A stretch of DNA of 63,332 nt, filler included, from Octopus bimaculoides (taxonomy: Eukaryota), in NCBI RefSeq assembly GCF_001194135.2. It is 5 parts of 5 records of this genome, joined end to end, with 100 filler letters (N's around TTAATTAATTAA, not from the genome) between each part and the next. Parts side by side here need not be neighbours in the genome. Positions count along the whole stretch, not along the records: positions 1 to 28,374 come from NC_069010.1; 4 more parts are not named here. One strand, 5' to 3'. Each line of letters opens with the position of its first letter. The first letter of the stretch is position 1. This document shows positions 12,115-21,699 of the stretch, piece by piece. The notes under the pieces were generated by a model that did not search any database, had not been told where the DNA came from, and saw nothing but the letters and a program-made list of their open reading frames with translations. Made by a program: the position numbers and the translations under genes.

Positions 12115-13147
12115 ATCATTAAAGCAGCGAGGTGTAAAGATGGACATGGGCTGATTAGCAGACAGGAGTGCATCAACGGTGAAAGCAAAAATATGGCAGA
12201 ATATTTGGTAAACAGCAAAGAAGATCTGCTAAAGTATGCTGCTAATGCAGAAGAATTTACCAGCAATAGAGTTGAGAGTGCTAATGAATTCTGATCACGA
12301 ATAGCCAACGAGAGAAAATAAACTGTACTCCACATGAAATTACATGGTCTGTTCCACCGTGAAACTAACATATTAAAAGACCAGGAAGCATCCTGGAGGT
12401 GACCTAAAAAAAGAAGACTGAAAACCTAATCATCGCTGCCCAGGACCAGGCATTGAATACTAACTCAGCGAAAAAGGATATATATATACCACACAAGTGC
12501 AACGGACCTCTGCAGAATGTGTGGGAAGAGGGTCGAAAGCGTAACTCACATTGTTAGTGCTTGTGAAAGTTTTGTGCAGAAAGAGTACAAGCACAGACAC
12601 AACAAGGTAGCCCAAAACCTTCACAGGAGTACCGGAAAAGATAATGGATGAAAAGGGGAAGGCAAAAATCCTCTGAGACTTTGACTTCCAAACAGACAAG
12701 GTGTTAGAGCACCAAAGGCCGGATGTAGTAGGAGGGACAATCAAGAGTGTCTAATAATCGATGTAGCAGTGCCAGGGGACCAACATATTATCATCAAAGA
12801 AAGAGAAAAGATTGATAAATATGGAGACCTGAGATATGGGATTGTCAAGATGTGGCAGCTATGAGAGTTAAACTTAAAGGTTGTCCCTGTTGTCATTGGA
12901 GCTTTGGGTTCAATACCACCCAACCTGAAGAAACACCTGGAAACTTTAGAAATACCCTACAATTTAGGTGCATTGCAAAAATCGGCATTACTTGGAACTG
13001 CATGGATATTGCATAAAGTACTGGTCTGTCTGAGGTCCTTGTTGTGACTTGACAGACATTACAAACCCCCAGTAGACACAATACCTTCAATCAGCAACAT
13101 CACAATATTGGATACTGAGCATCTTAAATAATAATAATAATAATAAT
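12115..13147 (+). mobile_element. R4/Dong-clade non-LTR retrotransposon 3' fragment with restriction-like endonuclease and (TAA)n tail
   Basis: CRMCGKRVESVTHIVSAC zinc knuckle, RH, RPD, IIDVAVP, EKIDKY and VVIGALG motifs with frameshifts. Ends in aataataataat. Confidence 0.85.
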
Positions 13148-13157
13148 GTAAACTCAC

Positions 13158-13225
13158 GTCATCAACAATTTTCGATTGTGTTGAATTGAAGTATTCGAAA
13201 GGGAATATGTCTCTAAATTTGGATG
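13158..13225 (-). CDS. HFM1: HFM1 exon, Q-motif region (P-SKFRDIFPFEYFNSTQSKIVDD)
   Basis: Matches recalled HFM1 PAKFRSIFKEFPYFNYIQSKAFDD. Donor |gtgagt, phase 1 to phase 0. Confidence 0.92.
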
Positions 13226-13836
13226 CTGGAATTTGAACCAGCTAAGGAAAACATCATCATCACCACCACCATCTTCGTATAATGGTGTAATTTCTCATGC
13301 TGAATACAATTTACTTTCAATATTTTTGACAAGATTTTGTATTTTAGAAGTTATTTCGTGTTAAAGTTTGCTTTTTTTATTTGCTTTTCGAGTGCCTCTT
13401 TGTACATTTGCCTTTTCACCACCCGTACAAAGAGGCGATCAAAAAGCAAAAAAAAAAAGTGTGTAATATGCAACACAGGTAGTAAATAAAGATAAAATAG
13501 AACAGAGTGGTGACATTTAGTAGAGATGACCCAAAAGTTGTTGCTCTTCGATAACTATTGCATACAGGAGTGGATTTCTTCAGCTGAATACACATCGTTG
13601 GTTGGTTAAAATTACCTAAATATGGCAACTTTAACAAAAAAATAACTTCTAAATTACAAATTCTAGTCAAAAATGTTGAAAGCAAACCGTGTTCAGTGTG
13701 AGAAATTACACCAGTATATGAAGTTTCAAACTGTTTAGTTAAAAAAAAAAAAAAAGCAATTAAAAAATCTGTTACTGAAACTGAAGGGATCCCAACAATA
13801 TCAACAACAACAGCAACAACATAGTAGAAAGGATAC
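13226..13836 (-). other. HFM1: U12-type (minor spliceosome) GT-AG intron of HFM1, 611 nt, phase 1
   Basis: 5' splice site GTATCCTTTC is a perfect match to RTATCCTTT. Branch box TTTTCCTTAGC (13251-13241) has its A at -18. No polypyrimidine tract before the CAG. Confidence 0.88.
13273..13723. mobile_element. Inverted-repeat element (MITE-like) inside the U12 intron
   Basis: 13273-13371 is an imperfect reverse complement of 13624-13723. Related sequence at about 18930-19200, 22600-22800 and 56400-56650. Confidence 0.75.
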
Positions 13837-13896
13837 GTATTTCCATCACAGATTTCAGCATATTCAACTTGGGAAGAGGAACAGAAGATGTTGGCA
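13837..13896 (-). CDS. HFM1: HFM1 exon (V-PTSSVPLPKLNMLKSVMEI-P)
   Basis: Acceptor ctgtctttacag|. LKSVMEIP matches recalled human HFM1 LKAVTEIP. Donor is the U12-type GTATCCTTT. Confidence 0.9.
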
Positions 13897-14457
13897 CTGT
13901 AAAGACAGAGAGAGAGGGTTCAATACCAGCAAAAGCTGTAGTAACAACTTACACTACAAACATGGCGGTAAGAAACTCCCAAGGGAGCTGGACAGCAGAG
14001 GGGCTTCAGAAAAGAACCCCACCTCAACTCGGGCAAGTGTCTTAACCCTTAACTTCTTACACTTTAACCGGGGCCAGGCCACATCAAGGTATTGACTCTT
14101 GTATGCCCTTCTGCTGACATTTTTTAACCACTTGGATATTTGTGAATTTGATAAGACCAAATCATGTCATCTACTGGAGTGTCGACCATTTTGAAAGGAG
14201 AGGGCAAGTTGATTACATCAATCCCCAGTGCTCAACTGGTATTTATTTCATCAACCCTGACCAGTCAGCCACACCAAATTGTCAGCAGTGAAAACAGCAG
14301 CACCCTATTGTCCCTTTCCATCCTTTCTCTACCAAAGGAAGGTGGTACATCGTACTAAATACCACCAGGCACTTTGTCCAATGAGCTAGCACTACTACCA
14401 ACCCAACCAAAGAATAAATTAGAATGAAGAATATCCAAAACTGAAAGAATTATTTAC

Positions 14458-14783
14458 CTTCTTGCTCAAACACGGGGTCTTCATGTGGTGCTAATGATAA
14501 TCCCAAACTGACATCTTTGAAAATATCAAGTGCACCACCACCACCAATACCACCACCACCACCACCACCTCCACATTCACGGCCACTGTCATCATCATTA
14601 TCATCAATAACAATTGTAACACCATCAGTAAAAGTAGTAGCAGTAGCATTAGTGTTGGTGGTTGTGTTGTAGTCTTGTGTTGACAACAGGCTTTCAGTCT
14701 TGTCATGGAATAATCCACCAACCGTCTCCTGAGATTTAAAAGGATTAACAAATATCTTTCGACGAGGGACTGTTTTGAATTGT
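14458..14783 (-). CDS. HFM1: HFM1 exon, low-complexity N-terminal linker (QFKTVPRRKIF...GGGGGGGGIGGGG...VFEQE)
   Basis: Acceptor tatttcag|, donor G|gtaaat, 326 nt open, phases match both neighbours. Confidence 0.8.
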
Positions 14784-14899
14784 CTGAAATATTTGAGATG
14801 TAAATTAGACAGCATGTAGTAAAGACAATCACATACACTCACACACACATACATACATACACTTAGATAGACATACACAGACATTTACATAATGAATGT

Positions 14900-14930
<31 letters not shown>

Positions 14931-15582
14931 TGAAAGACACATATATACTCATGTACAAAATGTGTTGTTGTTGTTGTTGTCATTATTGTTGTATAACATG
15001 TCCTCTATTATCTTGTACATAATGAACGCGCAAACATGTTGATGGGGGGCAGTTTATCTCATCCCCCTCCAACTTTTAGTTGATGCAATTGAAATAACTG
15101 CATTATTTATGGGATGACTCAATATATATATATGTATGTATGTGTGTTTCTTTGTGTCAGTGTTTGTCCCCCACCACTGATTGACAACTGGTGATGGTGT
15201 GTTTACGTCCCCGTAATCTAGCAGTCCAGCAAAAACGACCGATAGAATAAATACCATGCTTCAAAACAAGTACTGGAGTCGATTAGTTCAACTAAAATCC
15301 CTCAAGGCAGTGCCCCAGCATGGCTGCAGTCTAATGACAAACAAGTAAAAGATTAAAAAGAATGCCCATATATACTAATACACATGCATACACAAACACA
15401 CAAATGCATACATAACCACACACATATACAAACTTACATGTGCACAAATACACACATATACTAATACACAAAGACACTTACATACACAAATCTACACATA
15501 CACATGCACTCACACACACACACACTGCTACATATGCCCTATTTAACAAGAGGAAGAAATATGGAGTTGGAAGTTTACTTAC

Positions 15583-15607
15583 ATCTCATCTTTCTTTGAT
15601 GCAACAT
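15583..15607 (-). CDS. HFM1: HFM1 25-nt microexon (D-VASKKDE-I)
   Basis: cttacttttgtag| acceptor and |gtaagt donor. It supplies exactly the phase 1 to phase 2 shift needed to join the 17190 exon to the 14783 exon. Confidence 0.75.
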
Positions 15608-15654
15608 CTACAAAAGTAAGATTGGTTTATTTAATTAATCAGGATGAAATTAAT

Positions 15655-16440
15655 GAATTAGCAACAACAAAACAATAGTAACTAGCAAGACACATAAGAT
15701 AATATAGTCCTAGATACACTATGTCTGAATAAAAGAGAGGATGGTCATAGCTGGAGCACCTTTGGACATAGGTCTGCTGGATCAGGACTGACCTGGGGCT
15801 AAACAACCACAACAAGGAAGGACACATTAGATAATGTAGTCCTAGATACACAATGCCTGAATAAAAGAGGGGATGGTCATAGGTCTGCTGGATCAGAAAT
15901 TACTTGGTGCCAAACAACAGCAACGATGAAAGACTCATTAGATAATGTAGTCCGAGATACATTATGCCTGAATGAAAGATGGGATGGTCACAAGTGGAAC
16001 GCATTTGATCATAGAGTTGTTGAAACAAGACTAATCTGGGGCTAAACAAGGACGGACACATTAGACAATGTAATCTTAGATACACAGTGCCTGAATAAAA
16101 GACAGGATGGTTATAGGTCTGTTGGATTAGAAATTACTTGCTGCTAAACAACAACAAGAACAAAAATCACATTAAATAATGTAGTCCTAGATACATTATG
16201 TCTGAATAAAAGATGGGATGGTCACGAGTGGAACACATTTTATCATAGTTATCTAAGTTGAAGAATGATCTAGTACAAAATAGCAGCAACAAGGAAAGAC
16301 ATTAAATAATGTAGTCCTAGATACATTATGTCGGAATAAAAGGCATGATGGTCACAGCTGGAACACCTTTAATCATAGGTCTGTTGCTTGAGGACTGATC
16401 TAGTACAATATAGTAGCAATGTGGACGGACTCATTGGATG
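15655..16440 (+). repeat. Diverged tandem array of 110-130-bp units ending in (AAC)n
   Basis: The core GTCCTAGATACA...GAATAAAAG...GGATGGTCA recurs 6 times plus a partial unit. An opposite-strand array of about 3 units is at 26320-26680. Confidence 0.85.
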
Positions 16441-16724
16441 CATTATCTCAAATTTGGTAGACAGAAACTAGAAGAAGCCTGTCGTACATGTGTGTATGTG
16501 TGTCTAACTTTGCCCCCCCCCCCGCCACCACTGTTTAACAGTGTTGGTTTGTTTACATCTCCACCAACAAAGCACTTTGGCAAAAGAGACTGATAGAAAA
16601 AGTACCAGGCTTAAATGAAAAAATAAGTACTGGAGTCAATTCATTCAACTGAAAAATTCTTCAAGGTGGTACCCCAGCATGGCCACAGTCTAAAGACAGA
16701 AACAAATAAATGATAAAAGAATAT

Positions 16725-17165
16725 AAGGAGTGGCTGTGTGGTAAGTAGCTTGCTTACCAACCACATGGTTCCGGGTTCAGTCCCACTGCGTGGCACCTTG
16801 GGCAAGTGTCTTCTACTATAGCAACGGGCCGACCAAAGCCTTGTGAGTGGATTTGGTAGACGGAAACTGAAAGAAGCCCGTCGTATATATGTATATATAT
16901 GCATATGTATGTGTGTATGTGTTTGTGTGTCTGTGTTTGTGTGTATGTGTTTGTGTGTATGTGTTTGTGTGTCTGTGTTTGTCCCCCCAACATCGCTTGA
17001 CAACCGATGGTGGTGTGTTTATGTCCCCATAACTTAGCGGTTCGGCAAAAGACACCGATAGAATAAGTACTAGGCTTGTAAAGAATAAGTCCTGGGGCTC
17101 GATTTGCTCGACTAAAGGCGGTGCTCCAGCATGGCCGCAGTCAAATGACTGGAACAAGTAAAAGA
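16725..17165 (+). mobile_element. SINE family A, full length
   Basis: Head to tail intact; lies within about 25 bp of the 17190 donor. Confidence 0.9.
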
Positions 17166-17189
17166 GTATATATATATATATATATTTAC

Positions 17190-17446
17190 CACGAGGCATT
17201 TTCGGCTGATAACGCTGGGAATCTTTAGCTTGGGTAGTCTTATTAGTAGATTTAACTTGGCTCTTTTTAAATTGAGGTTTCTTAACTCGGGTATTTTTAA
17301 TCTGGCTCAACGATGGTAAGGACATCTGAGAGATTTTAAAATTAAAGTCTTCGTTGTTCACAGAATCCAACTTGAACAGGTCATCGATGGATGGTGCAAC
17401 TGGAATCGTGCTTCGCTTCCCTGCATCTTTTGCTGAGAATTCACAC
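17190..17446 (-). CDS. HFM1: HFM1 exon, N-terminal region (CEFSAKDAGKRSTIPVAPSIDDLF...QPKMPR)
   Basis: Acceptor ttttaag|, donor G|gtaaat, 257 nt open in phase 2 to phase 1. IPVAP resembles the LPPAP motif I recall near the vertebrate HFM1 N-terminus. Confidence 0.8.
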
Positions 17447-17519
17447 CTTAAAAGATAAACAATGCTCACAAAAATAATACTGCGTGACAAAATTTTTATT
17501 ATTATTAAATACAGAAATA

Positions 17520-17920
17520 GCGCAGGAGTGGCTGTGTGCTAAGTAGCTCGCTTACCAACCACATCGTTCTGGGTTCAGTCCCACTGCGTGGCACCTTGGG
17601 CAAGTGTCTTCTACTATAGCCTCGGGCCGACCGAAGCCTTTTTGAGTGGATTTGGTAGATGGAAACTGAAAGAAGCCCGTCGTATATATGTATATATATG
17701 TATGTGTTTGTGTGTATGTGTTTGTCCCCCCAACTTCGCTTGACGACCGATGCTGGTGTGTTTGCGTCCCCGTAACTTGGCGGTTCGGCAAAAAGAGACC
17801 GATAGAATAAGTACTAGGCTTACAAAGAATAAGTCCTGGGGTCGAGTTGCTCGACTAAAGGCGGTGCCCCAGCATGGCCACAGTCAAATGACTGAAACAA
17901 GTAAAAGAGTAAAAGAGTAA
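17520..17920 (+). mobile_element. SINE family A, full length
   Basis: Head to tail intact with an (AGAGTAAA)n-like tail. Confidence 0.9.
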
Positions 17921-18634
17921 ATAAATTTATTTCTCAAACGCGTGATAATGCTATAAATAGAGTGATCAGGTTAAATTATCCATTTATTGCAGAAAAATAC
18001 GTTACTGGCCAGCCATCTTACAATACATCTCAACGCTTCTAAAAAAGAACAAACTTCGTTTGTNNNNNNNNNNNNNNNNNNNNNNNNNNNNNNNNNNNNN
18101 NNNNNNNNNNNNNNNNNNNNNNNNNNNNNNNNNNNNNNNNNNNNNNNNNNNNNNNNNNNNNNNNNNNNNNNNNNNNNNNNNNNNNNNNNNNNNNNNNNNN
18201 NNNNNNNNNNNNNNNNNNNNNNNNNNNNNNNNNNNNNNNNNNNNNNNNNNNNNNNNNNNNNNNNNNNNNNNNNNNNNNNNNNNNNNNNNNNNNNNNNNNN
18301 NNNNNNNNNNNNNNNNNNNNNNNNNNNNNNNNNNNNNNNNNNNNNNNNNNNNNNNNNNNNNNNNNNNNNNNNNNNNNNNNNNNNNNNNNNNNNNNNNNNN
18401 NNNNNNNNNNNNNNNNNNNNNNNNNNNNNNNNNNNNNNNNNNNNNNNNNNNNNNNNNNNNNNNNNNNNNNNNNNNNNNNNNNNNNNNNNNNNNNNNNNNN
18501 NNNNNNNNNNNNNNNNNNNNNNNNNNNNNNNNNNNNNNNNNNNNNNNNNNNNNNNNNNNNNNNNNNNNNNNNNNNNNNNNNNNNNNNNNNNNNNNNNNNN
18601 NNNNNNNNNNNNNNNNNNNNNNNTGAAACCATAC

Positions 18635-18663
18635 CTCTCAGATCTAAACTTGAAAATGTCCAT
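18635..18663 (-). CDS. HFM1: HFM1/MER3 helicase, first coding exon (MDIFKFRSE-R); exon spans 18635-18691 including 5'UTR
   Basis: Polypyrimidine acceptor ttttgttgtag at 18692. ATG in strong context (ACT ATG G). Donor AG|gtatgg in phase 2 matches the next exon. Assignment rests on phase compatibility, not on recognisable homology. Confidence 0.7.
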
Positions 18664-18785
18664 AGTGACTTCTTTCTGCAAGATGGTAACACTACAACAA
18701 AAAAAAAAAAGCAAAGAAAACATTTGAAATATTTATATATCTGGTTAACTCTTGTGACACATTACATCACTCTCTTAGAAATAAC

Positions 18786-18844
18786 AGTTAAATCTCACTC
18801 AGATTACATCCTACTGTAGGATGTAATCTGAGTGAGATTTAACT
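18786..18844. repeat. Perfect 29-bp inverted repeat with 1-nt spacer
   Basis: agttaaatctcactcagattacatcctac-t-gtaggatgtaatctgagtgagatttaact. Confidence 0.95.
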
Positions 18845-19784
18845 ATTATTGACTGGTAACGAGAAATGGGTTCTCTATAAAACCCTTACTAGGGAATAAT
18901 GATATAATTAAACAGGGAATAACACTCTTGACACCGGCAAAAATTATTGTTTACAAAAACAGCAGTAACTGTATTCAGCTGAATAGACGTCAGTGATTGG
19001 TTGAAATTACAGAAATACGACAACTTTAACATGAAATAACTTATTAAGAAGAAATTTTTGTTTGTTAAGAAGGCTAAGAGAAAAAGATGTTTTATATGAC
19101 ACATTCTACCAGTATCCCAAGTTTGAAAGTGGTTCGTTAAGAAAACAAGTTGTGCCCGTCAATTCAGAAAGATCCCAAACGTGTTACATGAGATTTTGGT
19201 ACAGATTTCTGCACCCCACCCCACACCGACTTTGGATGATCATAACTTTCAGAAAAATGGATATTTTTTAATGAAATTTTCTACGAATATGTTATATCGT
19301 GTAGATTCCGAATATACAAAATTTTGGAGGGGAAAGTGTTTTAGGNNNNNNNNNNNNNNNNNNNNNNNNNNNNNNNNNNNNNNNNNNNNNNNNNNNNNNN
19401 NNNNNNNNNNNNNNNNNNNNNNNNNNNNNNNNNNNNNNNNNNNNNNNNNNNNNNNNNNNNNNNNNNNNNNNNNNNNNNNNNNNNNNNNNNNNNNNNNNNN
19501 NNNNNNNNNNNNNNNNNNNNNNNNNNNNNNNNNNNNNNNNNNNNNNNNNNNNNNNNNNNNNNNNNNNNNNNNNNNNNNNNNNNNNNNNNNNNNNNNNNNN
19601 NNNNNNNNNNNNNNNNNNNNNNNNNNNNNNNNNNNNNNNNNNNNNNNNNNNNNNNNNNNNNNNNNNNNNNNNNNNNNNNNNNNNNNNNNNNNNNNNNNNN
19701 NNNNNNNNNNNNNNNNNNNNNNNNNNNNNNNNNNNNNNNNNNNNNNNNNNNNNNNNNNNNNNNNNNNNNNNNNNNNNNNNNNTC

Positions 19785-20110
19785 GTATATATGTATATAT
19801 GTATGTGTGTATATGTTTGTGTATCTGTGTTTGTCCCCCCCCCCCAACATCGTTTGACAACCGATGCATATATATATATATATATATATGTGTATGTATG
19901 TGTGTCTGTGTTTGTCCCCCCACCATCGCTTAACAACCGATGCTGGTGTGTTTACGTCCCCGTAACTTAGCGGCTCGGCAAAAGGCACAGATAGAATAAG
20001 TACTAGGCTTACAAAGAATAAGTCCTGGGGTCGATTTGCTCGACTAAAGGCGGTGCTCCAGCATGGCCGCAGTCAAATGACTGAAACAAGTAAAAGAGTA
20101 AGAGAGTAAG
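19785..20110 (+). mobile_element. SINE family A, 3' half
   Basis: Matches the family A body and tail. Confidence 0.85.
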
Positions 20111-20400
20111 AGAGTATCTGATGGACAAGGGGCTTTCAGTCTTTAGACCCTCACTTATGTTCACATTAGGACAGCTCTCTCACTTTTAGTAGCCTTTCAT
20201 ATTTGCAAGACGTTTGTTTTCACTTTTAGACAGGTCTACTCTGTCATGGCAGGTTCGTGGCTAAGAAACATAAACAACGCTTTGCACTCTTTGTCTTGTC
20301 ATAACTGGGATTCTATAAAGAGTTAACGGTTATAAATGAAGGAAAAATCTTTCATGAACAATAGAGAAAGTTTTGAAGAAGTCGTATTGTTTCGTTTTAC

Positions 20401-20510
20401 CTGAGTAAAATGGATATTCTGTATCAATGTCTCCACAACGTTACAACATAAAAAATGGAGACAGAAGGACGATTCGGTGAACAAGCAGACGACTTCTGAT
20501 GTTAGAGATG
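20401..20510 (-). promoter_or_regulatory. HFM1: Candidate non-coding first exon / TSS region of HFM1
   Basis: Locally CpG-containing unique sequence ending CAG|gtaaaa. Splicing to 18691 puts an in-frame TGA upstream of ATG 18663, consistent with a 5'UTR. The upstream boundary is a guess. Confidence 0.4.
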
Positions 20511-21699
20511 AAAGAGGAAGGAGGAGGAGGAGGAGGAGGAGAAGGGATAGATAGATAAAGAGAGAGGGACATGAGACAGAGAGAGGGGCAGTGCAGGAAG
20601 AGAGATGGAGCGCAAAAGCTAGAGAAAGGAGAGGGTAGAAAAGGGAAGGACAAAATGATGGACAAAACTTTGCAAAGTTTCGTAAAAACAAAATTAAAAT
20701 GCAACATAAACACAACGAAATATTTGTGTTTCGAAAATCAATCAAGAGAAACTCTTTGGAATCAAATAGGGGAGAAATAGATAAAANNNNNNNNNNNNNN
20801 NNNNNNNNNNNNNNNNNNNNNNNNNNNNNNNNNNNNNNNNNNNNNNNNNNNNNNNNNNNNNNNNNNNNNNNNNNNNNNNNNNNNNNNNNNNNNNNNNNNN
20901 NNNNNNNNNNNNNNNNNNNNNNNNNNNNNNNNNNNNNNNNNNNNNNNNNNNNNNNNNNNNNNNNNNNNNNNNNNNNNNNNNNNNNNNNNNNNNNNNNNNN
21001 NNNNNNNNNNNNNNNNNNNNNNNNNNNNNNNNNNNNNNNNNNNNNNNNNNNNNNNNNNNNNNNNNNNNNNNNNNNNNNNNNNNNNNNNNNNNNNNNNNNN
21101 NNNNNNNNNNNNNNNNNNNNNNNNNNGTATCTATCTCTGTTTCCCCCCTTTTACATTGACTGTGATACACGATCCCTATTGATCGGCTTTCCCCATGGTT
21201 TTTTTTTTCACGATCCCTTTTGATCGAAATTCTACCCTCCTCCTTCCTTTCCCCACCCCCACAAAGAAAACCTCTACATTGTACTTTGTCCACTTTCTGT
21301 ATTTAGCCCTGTGTGGCCATAATAAAAAGATATCTATCTGTTTTTTATTCTTTTATTTGTTTCAATCATTTGACTGCGGCCATGCTGGAGCACCGCCATA
21401 TATTCCACTCATGCAGTCTTTAATGAAATAACGAATGAACGAAACTTAAATTCTCAACTTATCAATTTCTGACCATCATTCCATTCCCCATCTCGGTTAT
21501 TCATCTCCCACCCACAACGCGTCACCTATCAGGATAGTGTCACTATTTTCAAAGTTTAATAAGAAGGCTTTACATTATAGGCAATATTTCCATGAATTTA
21601 GAACAGCCTAGTAACAAATGTTAAACTAAAACGTGTGTGATTTCTATAAACAAAATATGGTTATAAGATACTGTGATCAAATGTCCTGCGTCCTTCCTA

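Noticed and set aside
15655-16440. CRISPR-like array or retrozyme (also the 17-bp array at 30529)
   Set aside because: Eukaryotic context, no unique equal-length spacers, and no hammerhead core in the units.
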